Of a DNA stretch of 38,308 nt, positions 27,360 through 35,436 are shown piece by piece. The DNA is taken from assembly GCA_038214755.1 (NCBI GenBank), contig JBBQRQ010000047.1:1-38308 (forward strand), written 5' to 3'. A model generated the notes under the pieces. That model was not told the origin of the DNA. It ran no database searches and saw only the letters and a list, made by a program, of their open reading frames with translations. This DNA is from Verrucomicrobiota bacterium (GTDB lineage: Bacteria; Verrucomicrobiota; Verrucomicrobiia; Limisphaerales; CANJXF01). The position numbers were made by a program, and so were the translations under genes. Numbering within the stretch: the first letter of the stretch is position 1; the number at the start of each line of letters is the position of its first letter.

Positions 27360-27509
27360 CGCGCTGAGTTTTCTCTGCACGGCGTGAGAGTTCAAGCCTC
27401 TACTCTTTTTCACGGACCGAACAGTCTGCTGTATTTAAATAACCAAGCGTGATGCCTCTCCGCACTATTTGCGCATGGCACCTTCGCCTTCGATGGATAA
27501 AGTATTTTC

Positions 27510-27824
27510 ATGCTGGTCGTCGAACCCATCACCCATATTCAGAGGGATAAACGCGGAGTCGCTTGGATTGCAGATACGAACACGAAGGTTGTTGAAGTAG
27601 CGATGGATCACGTGGCCTATGGATGGGACGGGGAGGAAATACACGCAGCGCATCCCCATCTTTCGCTGGCCCAGATTCACGCGGCACTCTCCTATTATCA
27701 CGATCACAAAGGCGAATTGGACGCGGCTTTGCAACGGCAGTTGGAGGGCTATCGCCGGTTACGAACCGAAACCAGCGGACAATTGACGCGGGCGGAATTG
27801 CAAGAGCGCCTCGCGCGGAAGTGA
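27510..27824 (+). CDS. DUF433 family antitoxin-like protein
   Basis: AWIADTNTKV, EEIHAAHPHLSLAQIHAALSYYHDH. Confidence 0.85.
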   Translation: MLVVEPITHIQRDKRGVAWIADTNTKVVEVAMDHVAYGWDGEEIHAAHPHLSLAQIHAALSYYHDHKGELDAALQRQLEGYRRLRTETSGQLTRAELQERLARK

Positions 27825-28021
27825 GCGTAGCACTCTACATGGATGTGCATGTGCCGCGGCCTGTGACACGTGGCCTGCGCCGCCGCGAAGTGGACGTGCT
27901 GACCGCGCAAGAGGATAACACCGCGCGATGGGAAGATCCTGATTTGCTCAATCGCGCCGGGACGTTGGAGAGAGTGCTAGTCTCGCAAGACGAAGATTTG
28001 CTCATCGAGGCGGCGAAACGA
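27821..28021 (+). pseudogene. Truncated DUF5615/PIN-like toxin
   Basis: LYMDVHVP..V..GLRRR.VDVLTAQED.....D..LL..A...RVLVSQD.D. Similarity stops after ~67 aa and the frame runs on antisense into mtnA. Confidence 0.7.
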
Positions 28022-28066
28022 GAGGATGCGCATGTCCCTAGGCTCGGAACGGTAAAGCTTCCTCGT

Positions 28067-29221
28067 TCAATTCCGTCCCTTGCCTCCAGTCCCATAAATC
28101 CCAAGCTTTACCCGGTTTTTCCAAAGCTGCGCCGGTTTGAAAATTCCCATCGGAGTGATAATGCCCGTGATCAATTCCGCCGGCGTCACATCGAACCCTG
28201 GATTGCGCGCATGGCTCGTCGGGTTGGCGACGCGCAGATAACCGCAGTCCCCCAACTTTGAACCTTGAACTTTGAACTTTAAACTTTCCGTAACGCCCCA
28301 CGCCCCTAAGACTTCCTTTTCATCCCGCTCTTCGATCGGGATGGCCAATCCTGATGGCAAATTCCAATCAATGGTCGAAAGCGGAATCGCAACGTAAAAA
28401 GGAATCCCATGCCGCGCCGCTAAAACCGCTTTGGTGTAGGTCCCGATTTTATTGGCCACCTCGCCGGTGCGACCGAGCGTCCGATCACTGCCAACAATGA
28501 CCAAATCAACTTCACCTCTTTGCATCAAGTGACCGGCGGCGTTGTCCGCGATAATTTCGTGCGATATTTTTTGTTGCGCCAGTTCCCAGGCTGTCAGTGT
28601 TGCGCCTTGGGAGCGCGGGCGGGTTTCATCACAAAACACGTGAAATTTTTTCCCGAGTTTTTGCGCGGCATACATCGGCGCCGTCGCACTCCCCACGTCA
28701 ACAAAGGCCAGCCACCCGGCATTGCAATGGGTCAAAATCCGCGTCCCATTTCGGATCAAGCCTACGCCGTGTTTTCCAATCTGTTCGCAGTGCTGGACAT
28801 CCTCATTCGCGAACTCCTCCGCTGCGGCCAGAGCGAGCGATTGTTTTTCCGAAACGGTCTGCCCGCGACTCATGCTGCGCAGGACCGCGTTCATCGCATT
28901 CACCGGATCCACCGCTGTCGGTCGGGCCGATTTCAGAGTTTGGTAAACATTGGTAATGTGGCGCGAAAATTTCCTCAAATTGTGTCCACGAAAAGAGAGC
29001 GCGCCCTGCGCCAATCCATAAGCGGCCGTGGCACCGATGGCACCCGCCCCGCGCACCACCATGTCGGCAATGGCGCGAGCGGTGTCACGAAAAGTTTTCG
29101 TGGCGACAATTTTAAATTGATGGGGCAACAGGCGTTGCTCGATGAGCAAAACGGAATTTTTGCCTGCGTCAAAAGCGACGGTGCGAAAGTGGCGACTACG
29201 CCCGTCCAGAGTAACGTTCAT
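28067..29221 (-). CDS. mtnA: S-methyl-5-thioribose-1-phosphate isomerase
   Basis: MVVRGAGAIG, ARPTAV, ILTHCNAGWLA, DETRPRSQGA.LTAWEL, ANKIGTY, NPGFDVTP. Confidence 0.93.
   Translation of the reverse strand: MNVTLDGRSRHFRTVAFDAGKNSVLLIEQRLLPHQFKIVATKTFRDTARAIADMVVRGAGAIGATAAYGLAQGALSFRGHNLRKFSRHITNVYQTLKSARPTAVDPVNAMNAVLRSMSRGQTVSEKQSLALAAAEEFANEDVQHCEQIGKHGVGLIRNGTRILTHCNAGWLAFVDVGSATAPMYAAQKLGKKFHVFCDETRPRSQGATLTAWELAQQKISHEIIADNAAGHLMQRGEVDLVIVGSDRTLGRTGEVANKIGTYTKAVLAARHGIPFYVAIPLSTIDWNLPSGLAIPIEERDEKEVLGAWGVTESLKFKVQGSKLGDCGYLRVANPTSHARNPGFDVTPAELITGIITPMGIFKPAQLWKNRVKLGIYGTGGKGRN
28252..28286 (-). repeat. Heptamer tandem tract inside mtnA
   Basis: Minus strand AAGTTTA AAGTTCA AAGTTCA AGGTTCA AAGTTGG (SLKFKVQGSKL); same unit family as the tract in larE. 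Confidence 0.8.
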
Positions 29222-29255
29222 GGAATATTGTAGCGCAGGGGAAGAAGAAAAAAAA

Positions 29256-29675
29256 TCAGCGTGCGCTCATTTTTAACTCACGAATTTTGGCGCGAATTTT
29301 TCGATAAAGAGAAGTGCGCCGGATATTTCGCAAGTCCGGATCCACCGCCAGCCACTTGAAGTCGCGATAGCCAAGCTCGATTGCTTTTCCGAGGGAGATT
29401 AGTGCCGGCTCAATGAATCCGGTTAAAGAATAGCTGCACGCTAAATTATAATGCACGATGGCGTCCGTCGGGCGAAGTTGGGCGAGTTGTTCATCAATTT
29501 TCAAGCCGTCATTGTATTCTCCCCGGCGAGTGTGCGCGTCCCCTAAAATTTGAAGCGCTTCGACGTAGGCAGGATCGCGACGCACAATTCCCTGTAAAAA
29601 AGTAATCTCAACTTCCAGGTCGCGCCTCTCCTGGCGGGTCAACTTCTTGCGGGAACTCAACGATTTTTTCAGCAT
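29256..29675 (-). CDS. TPR-repeat protein
   Basis: EALQILGDAHTRRG, VHYNLACSYSL, A...L.KAIELGY.D...L..DPDL. Confidence 0.8.
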   Translation of the reverse strand: MLKKSLSSRKKLTRQERRDLEVEITFLQGIVRRDPAYVEALQILGDAHTRRGEYNDGLKIDEQLAQLRPTDAIVHYNLACSYSLTGFIEPALISLGKAIELGYRDFKWLAVDPDLRNIRRTSLYRKIRAKIRELKMSAR

Positions 29676-29786
29676 ACGCTTCCGGAGGCTTTCTACCTCA
29701 GTTATTCCCTGATGTCTAATATTTTCTGGTTTGCCCATGAGAAGAAATTGTTTAATGCCCAAGGACGGTTTCTTCAAAAAACGTGC

Positions 29787-30848
29787 ATGAAATGTTTTGT
29801 CACCGGAGCTTCGGGATTTATCGGCGCGAATCTCGTCCACCAATTACGCGCGCGCGGGCATGACGTGAAAGTGCTGTTGCGTCGTGAAAGCGATTTGCGC
29901 GGATTGCAGGGCGTGGATGTCGAGCGCGTCAATGGAGATGTGTCAGACCGAAATGCGCTCATGTTGGGAATGCGCGGCTGCGACTGGTGCTTCCATGTCG
30001 CGGCGAGTTATCATCTTTGGCTGCGCGATTACAAACCGATGTATGCCGCGAATGTCGAAGGCACGCGCAACGTAATCGAAGCGGCGGCGAGCGCGGGCTG
30101 TTCGAGAATTGTTTACACGAGCACAGTGGGCTGCATCGGGCTGGCGCAGAAACGCGGAACGCGGAACGGGGAACGCGGAAACGAAAGAGAAAAAGGAAAC
30201 GAAGAAGTTGTTCCGACGGATGAAGCGACGCCCGTTTCCGCCGGGCAGATGAGCAATCATTACAAAATTTCCAAATGGCAGGCGGAACAAGTGGCGCGCG
30301 AATTGGCGGCGAAAGGATCGCCCGTAATCATCGTCAATCCGAGCGCGCCCGTCGGCCCACGCGACGTGAAACCCACTCCAACCGGACAAGTCATCGTCGA
30401 TTTTTTAAACCGGCAAATGCCCGCCTATCTCGATACCGGATTGAATTGGGTCCACGTCCGCGACGTTGCCATCGGTCACATTCTCGCCGCGGAGAAAGGA
30501 AGAATTGGGGAGCGTTACATTTTGGGAAATGCCAATGGTAACTGGACCATGAAAAAAGCGCTCGATGTTTTGGAAGGCATTACTGGAATTCCTGCGCCGA
30601 AATTTCGCGTCCCCTATTCCATCGCCCTGTTCGCTGCACACGTAGATGAAACAATTTCAAAATTTTCTCGCAAGCCTCCGAAAGCGCCGCTCGCCGGAGT
30701 GCGCATGGCGAAATACAAAATGTTTTTTAATCCCGCAAAAGCGATTCGCGAACTTGGCTTGCCACAGACGCCGCCGGAAAAAGCTTTGGCCGATGCGGTG
30801 GAGTGGTTTCAGGAAAACGGTTACGTGCGGAAAGGAAGTTTCTCTTAA
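29787..30848 (+). CDS. hpnA: NAD-dependent epimerase/dehydratase, HpnA-like (hopanoid-associated)
   Basis: VTGASGFIG, FHVAASY.LW, YTST, YKISK, GPRDVKPTPTG. Confidence 0.8.
   Translation: MKCFVTGASGFIGANLVHQLRARGHDVKVLLRRESDLRGLQGVDVERVNGDVSDRNALMLGMRGCDWCFHVAASYHLWLRDYKPMYAANVEGTRNVIEAAASAGCSRIVYTSTVGCIGLAQKRGTRNGERGNEREKGNEEVVPTDEATPVSAGQMSNHYKISKWQAEQVARELAAKGSPVIIVNPSAPVGPRDVKPTPTGQVIVDFLNRQMPAYLDTGLNWVHVRDVAIGHILAAEKGRIGERYILGNANGNWTMKKALDVLEGITGIPAPKFRVPYSIALFAAHVDETISKFSRKPPKAPLAGVRMAKYKMFFNPAKAIRELGLPQTPPEKALADAVEWFQENGYVRKGSFS
30151..30178 (+). repeat. Heptamer tandem tract inside hpnA
   Basis: AACGCGG AACGCGG AACGGGG AACGCGG (KRGTRNGERG). Confidence 0.85.
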
Positions 30849-30942
30849 ACGTCCCATTTTTTCTCATGACTGTTGCGCCATAAAATAAATCAGAATTCCA
30901 AAACAGTCTCGTCGAACCCGCCGGGATGGGAAACATTGAGGC

Positions 30943-31602
30943 GTGATTTCGATCATTATACCAACGTTGAACGAAGCGGAGCATTTGCCGATTACGCTCG
31001 AAAAAATTCGAGCTAATTTCGTGGCGCACGAAATCATTGTGGCCGATGGGGGCAGCACGGATGCGACTCTGGAAATCGCCAAAGCCGCGCGAGCAAAACT
31101 TGTCTGTTTGGAAAAACCGGGACGCAGTCTTCAATTAAACGCAGGCGCAAAAGGGGGGCGCGGTGAAACTTTCCTTTTCTTACACGCCGATACGCAGCTT
31201 CACCCTTTCAGCCTCGCGCAGATTGAAAAAGCTTTGAAAGACGCGCGTGTCTCGGGCGGCGGATTCGCGCGGCGATTTGATTCCAATTCACTTTTCCTTC
31301 GCTGCACCTGCGTTATCGGCGACGCGCGCTGTTCGTTGTTTGGACTGTTCCTGGGCGACCAGGGGATTTTTGTGCGGCGAAATATTTTTGAGCAGTTAGG
31401 CGGCTTCAAAGAAATGAAAGCGTTTGAAGATGTTGATTTTTCGCGTCGCCTGGCTTGCACGGGCAAAACCGTGACGCTCCGGCCTGCGGTGATTTCTTCG
31501 GCGCGACGTTTCGCCAGACACGGGCCATTCCTGACCACCTGTCGGGATCTTTGGCTCACTGGAAAATATGTGGGCGGGTTGGAAAATTATTCGGCGAGAT
31601 AA
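30943..31602 (+). CDS. GT2 glycosyltransferase, TIGR04283-like (arsenosugar/rSAM-associated)
   Basis: ISIIIPTLNEA, ADGGSTD, GR..QLNAGA, LFLHADT, GDQGIFVRR, FEDV, SARRF. Confidence 0.85.
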   Translation: MISIIIPTLNEAEHLPITLEKIRANFVAHEIIVADGGSTDATLEIAKAARAKLVCLEKPGRSLQLNAGAKGGRGETFLFLHADTQLHPFSLAQIEKALKDARVSGGGFARRFDSNSLFLRCTCVIGDARCSLFGLFLGDQGIFVRRNIFEQLGGFKEMKAFEDVDFSRRLACTGKTVTLRPAVISSARRFARHGPFLTTCRDLWLTGKYVGGLENYSAR

Positions 31603-32447
31603 TTTTTTTTATTTTCCAAATGCGTCTGGCGAGTGGGATTGTCGCCATTGGGTTTGCGCCAGTAATCGCGTTGTTTGACAAACGGCATTATCAAAATGCG
31701 CCAGATTTTATTGTCCTCAACTGAAGTATAGCCCGGAATGCCGATCTCAATTTTAGACTGCGTGATGTTGAGTCCCAGCGTGCGATGCAGCCTGTCCCAC
31801 CATGGAAAAACCACGCCGTAGTTTGAATTCGTTTCGCGCCGAATTTGCGAGTGATGAATGCCGTGCATGCGCGGCGTGACCAGCAGTTTGTTTAGCCCCC
31901 GTTCCAAACGGATCGGCAGGCGCAGGTTGCTGTGATGGAAGAGTGTGTTCGCCTGAAACACAATTTCGTAAATGGCAAACGTGGTAAACGACACGCCGAT
32001 CAAACTCACTTGCGCCACGCGAAACAACGTGGAGAAAAGGACTTCGCCGAAATGAAAACGGAACCCGGTGGAGACATCGAGGTCGGGATCGATGTGGTGG
32101 ACATTATGAAAACGCCAGAGCAGCGGAATTTTGTGATTCAGCAGATGCCAATAATAAAAACTCAAATCGAGCAGGAGAAATCCGGCGACGAATTGCGCCC
32201 GACCCGGCAGTCGCAGGAAATACATCAGGCCAAACGGTCGTTCGGACGACCACGCCAGCGCGGCCATCGCCGCAGGCCGGACGACGGTCATGGCGAAGAG
32301 AAAGGCGAGTCCGGTGATGCCGACATTGACGAACAGCCTGGCCAGAAAAGCCGCCTTTGCTTTGCGGAGCGGAAATAATTTCTCCAACGCAAAAAATAAA
32401 ATGAAAATTCCGAAGACAATGAGCGGCGTGTAAAAAGAGAATTTCAT
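31587..32447 (-). CDS. Sterol desaturase / fatty-acid hydroxylase family membrane di-iron enzyme
   Basis: HLLNH, HNVHH, RFH, FHHSN, HGIHH His boxes; NYG....WDRL. Confidence 0.9.
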   Translation of the reverse strand: MKFSFYTPLIVFGIFILFFALEKLFPLRKAKAAFLARLFVNVGITGLAFLFAMTVVRPAAMAALAWSSERPFGLMYFLRLPGRAQFVAGFLLLDLSFYYWHLLNHKIPLLWRFHNVHHIDPDLDVSTGFRFHFGEVLFSTLFRVAQVSLIGVSFTTFAIYEIVFQANTLFHHSNLRLPIRLERGLNKLLVTPRMHGIHHSQIRRETNSNYGVVFPWWDRLHRTLGLNITQSKIEIGIPGYTSVEDNKIWRILIMPFVKQRDYWRKPNGDNPTRQTHLENKKNYLAE

Positions 32448-32483
32448 TCAAAACTCAAAAGACAATACAGTCGTCGTGCAGAA

Positions 32484-33152
32484 ATGAAAACCCAACGCTC
32501 GATCAACAAGCTCGTGATTTTTGTTAAAGCACCTCGCCTCGGACAAGTGAAGAGCCGTTTGGCCGCCAGCATTGGCGAACCCGCCACGTGCGACGCCTAC
32601 AAAAAAATCGCCGCGCATCTGTTGGAAAATTTGCGCGGGCTGGAAAATGTGGAAATCCGATTCTCGCCGGACGACGCAGAAAACGAGTTGCGGAAATGGC
32701 TGGGTGATGATTTTGATTTTGCACGGCAAAGTTCCGGCGATTTAGGCGAGCGAATGCATGGAGCGTTTCAGAAAGCGTTCGCTGCTGGAAACGAACGCGT
32801 GGTCATGATCGGTTCGGATTGTCCTTACGTTACGAGGCAGGATGTCGCGTCCGCGTGGAAGCATCTTGAAACGCACGACATCGTTCTTGGCCCCGCGATG
32901 GATGGCGGTTATTGGCTCATCGGTTTGCGCCAGCCACAACCCGCTCTGTTTGAAAATATGGCGTGGAGCACAGAAAACGTTTTAGAAACCACGTTGAGCC
33001 GAATCCGCGTCATGAATTTGTCTTACCATTGTCTGCGCTGCCTGAATGACATTGATACTGAGAACGATTGGAATTGTTACCTGGAGAATTCCGTGAAAAC
33101 AGGTTCTCGCCCAATGAGTAGAAAGACTGACGAAATAAGAGCGGAATCCTGA
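32484..33152 (+). CDS. TIGR04282/DUF2064-like (CofC-like) transferase, arsenosugar/rSAM-associated
   Basis: FVKAP..G.VKSRLA, Q..GDLGERM, IGSDCP, VLGPAMDGGYWLIG, WST..V, DIDT..D. Confidence 0.88.
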   Translation: MKTQRSINKLVIFVKAPRLGQVKSRLAASIGEPATCDAYKKIAAHLLENLRGLENVEIRFSPDDAENELRKWLGDDFDFARQSSGDLGERMHGAFQKAFAAGNERVVMIGSDCPYVTRQDVASAWKHLETHDIVLGPAMDGGYWLIGLRQPQPALFENMAWSTENVLETTLSRIRVMNLSYHCLRCLNDIDTENDWNCYLENSVKTGSRPMSRKTDEIRAES

Positions 33153-33194
33153 TGGAAAGAAAACTCTCAATCAAACATCCTCGCCAAAGAAAAA

Positions 33195-33242
33195 ATGATT
33201 TTTTTGGATACCCAATGCATCCAAAACAAATCATCTTTCGTT
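33195..33242 (+). promoter_or_regulatory. Inverted repeat overlapping a candidate ECF-sigma promoter for the peptide gene
   Basis: ATGATTTTTTTGGAT-N9-ATCCAAAACAAATCAT (one bulge); GCATCC(33217)-N16-CGTT(33239). Confidence 0.45.
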
Positions 33243-33274
33243 AACTAGTTGGGAGTAAAAACAAAAATAAAACT

Positions 33275-33514
33275 ATGAACAAAACATCAAGATCCATGAT
33301 CGTTGCGGCAGCCATGACGGGTCTGCTTGCAGGAACCATCACCTCTGTCACCACCGGTTGCAAATCCGCTGGAACGGAATCCAGCACTTCAATGGGCGCA
33401 CACAGTTGCGCCGGACAGAATGGCTGCAAAGGTATGGGCGGTTGCAAAACCAGTGACAACGGCTGCAAAGGAAAAAATTCCTGTAAAGGAAAAGGCGGCT
33501 GCAAGGTTAGTTAA
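33275..33514 (+). CDS. Cys-rich secreted RiPP precursor (bufferin-like), possible lipoprotein
   Basis: Signal peptide ending VTTG-C29; core HSCAGQNGCKGMGGCKTSDNGCKGKNSCKGKGGCKVS with 6 Cys; directly upstream of DUF692. Confidence 0.85.
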   Translation: MNKTSRSMIVAAAMTGLLAGTITSVTTGCKSAGTESSTSMGAHSCAGQNGCKGMGGCKTSDNGCKGKNSCKGKGGCKVS

Positions 33515-33529
33515 GTTCGGCTCGAATAC

Positions 33530-33577
33530 TTTCAGGAGTTGGCGCGAAAGCGCCGACTTCCTGAAATTTTCTTTTTT
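33530..33577 (+). terminator. Stem-loop with U-tract between the precursor and MNIO genes
   Basis: TTTCAGGA-GTTGGCGC-GAAA-GCGCCGAC-T-TCCTGAAA followed by TTTTCTTTTTT. Confidence 0.75.
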
Positions 33578-33583
33578 GAGTTA

Positions 33584-34441
33584 ATGCCCGCCAATCCTTT
33601 CAACAACTTCACTGAGTACGGCATCGGCATCGGTTTGCGCGTGCCGCATTACGAACACATTCTTTCCCAGAAGCCGACCGTCGATTGGTTCGAAATCATT
33701 TCAGAAAATTTTATGGTGGATGGCGGTCGCCCGCTGGCCGTGCTCGATCAAATTCTCGAACAATACCGCGTCGTCCAGCATGGCGTTTCCATGTATTTCG
33801 GTTCGTCAGAAAAGTTGGATCGCGAACACATGAAAAAATTGAAGCGGCTGGTCAAGCGGACGAAAACGCCGTGGCTTTCCGATCATCTTTGCTGGGGCAG
33901 CGCTGATGGCCGTTTCACTCACGATTTGTTGCCGATGCCTTACACGTTTGCGGCGGCAAGAGTAACCGCCCAAAAAATTCGTGAAGCGCGTGATTTTTTG
34001 GAAGTTCCCATTGCAGTGGAAAATGTCAGCAGCTACGCCGAGTTTCATGTTTCGGAAATGACCGAGTGGGAATTTTTGAGCGAAGTCGTCGAGCAAGCGG
34101 ATTGCGGCATTCTGCTCGACGTGAACAACATTTATGTTTCTTCGCGCAATCACAGCTTTAATCCTTACGATTATTTGAACGGTGTTCCGGCTCATCGCGT
34201 GGCGCAGATTCACATCGCCGGCCACACCAAATACGAAAAATATATTCTCGATACCCACGATCATCCCGTGCTCGATCCCGTTTGGAAACTTTACGCCCAC
34301 GCCATTTCGGCCACGGGAAAAACCGCCACACTTTTGGAATGGGATGCTCACATTCCGTCGTTCGACGAAGTTCACCGCGAAGCGCTCAAAGCCAATCGAT
34401 TCATTGAAAAGCTCGAAAATAAAAAAAGTCTTGCCGCTTGA
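33584..34441 (+). CDS. DUF692 / MNIO (multinuclear non-haem iron oxidative) RiPP maturase
   Basis: GIGLR..HY, WFEIISENFM..GG, HGVS, WLSDHLCW, DLLPMPYT, ENVSSY, LLDVNNIYV, QIHIAGH, DTH, LLEWD. Confidence 0.93.
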   Translation: MPANPFNNFTEYGIGIGLRVPHYEHILSQKPTVDWFEIISENFMVDGGRPLAVLDQILEQYRVVQHGVSMYFGSSEKLDREHMKKLKRLVKRTKTPWLSDHLCWGSADGRFTHDLLPMPYTFAAARVTAQKIREARDFLEVPIAVENVSSYAEFHVSEMTEWEFLSEVVEQADCGILLDVNNIYVSSRNHSFNPYDYLNGVPAHRVAQIHIAGHTKYEKYILDTHDHPVLDPVWKLYAHAISATGKTATLLEWDAHIPSFDEVHREALKANRFIEKLENKKSLAA

Positions 34442-35387
34442 ACGTCGGCAGACCGAGGGCGAACTTCGTCAATTGCAACAACTCATGGCGGCGTCAGTGA
34501 TGCGTCCGCTGATCGCTGGCGACACGATGAACCCACGCTGGGACGACGGACGCCCAACGAAAAATGTGGTCGCCGAATTTATCAAACCGAATGACCGCCT
34601 GACTTCTTTTGAACGCCTGGAAATTTATAATCGCCAATATTGGTTGCGCGTCATTGATTGTTTTCAGGAGGATTATCCGGGATTGCGCGCCGTTTTGGGC
34701 GAACGAAAATTTTCCCGATTGACGCTCGCCTATCTCAAACAATTTCCTTCCACCTCGTTCACGTTGAGAAATCTCGGCCAATATCTCATTGAATTTATTC
34801 GCGCGAAACCAAATTTAACGAAGCCGCATTTTCAACTCGCTCTGGACATGGCGCGAATGGAATGGGCGCACATTGAAGCCTTTGATAACGAAGCGAAGCA
34901 GCGTCTGACCACGGACGATTTGCTCGGAATGCAACCGGCGGAAATTCATCTGCGCTTGCAACCTTATGTGACCCTGTTGGAACTGGATTATCCGCTCGAC
35001 GATTTTTTAGTGGCCGCAAAACAGGAAGCCGGTTTGCGCAGCGAGGCCAGCAACGCAATTGAAACCAAGCGCAAAGTTTCGCCAGTCAAACCGCGCCAAC
35101 GTCCAAAAAAAACAAAAACCTTTCTGGCGATTCACCGCTACAACGACAGTGTTTTTTACAAACGATTAACTCTGTCGCAGTTCACTTTGCTGTCGGCTGT
35201 GAAAAATGGTTCCTCACTTGAAAAGGCCTGCGAAGAAACGCTGGCCCTCGAGGATTCGGAAAATATCGGAGACGAAATCCGCGACTGGTTTCAAAACTGG
35301 ATGTCCCTGGGCTGGTTTTGCCGATCACAGAATTTATTTCCAAACAAAACGGGAAATAAAAATCCCTATGGAGTAAAATATTTGTAA
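34431..35387 (+). CDS. DUF2063-type MNIO partner protein (RiPP recognition)
   Basis: ERLEIYNRQYWLR...F.EDYPGLRAVLG...F..L...Y....PS.S..L..LG, DMARMEWA; TTG start overlaps the DUF692 stop. Confidence 0.85.
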   Translation: MPLERRQTEGELRQLQQLMAASVMRPLIAGDTMNPRWDDGRPTKNVVAEFIKPNDRLTSFERLEIYNRQYWLRVIDCFQEDYPGLRAVLGERKFSRLTLAYLKQFPSTSFTLRNLGQYLIEFIRAKPNLTKPHFQLALDMARMEWAHIEAFDNEAKQRLTTDDLLGMQPAEIHLRLQPYVTLLELDYPLDDFLVAAKQEAGLRSEASNAIETKRKVSPVKPRQRPKKTKTFLAIHRYNDSVFYKRLTLSQFTLLSAVKNGSSLEKACEETLALEDSENIGDEIRDWFQNWMSLGWFCRSQNLFPNKTGNKNPYGVKYL

Positions 35388-35436
35388 CTGCGGGAATTCA
35401 TTTTTTCCTGCAAGTCGAACACATTCAAAAATTTTT

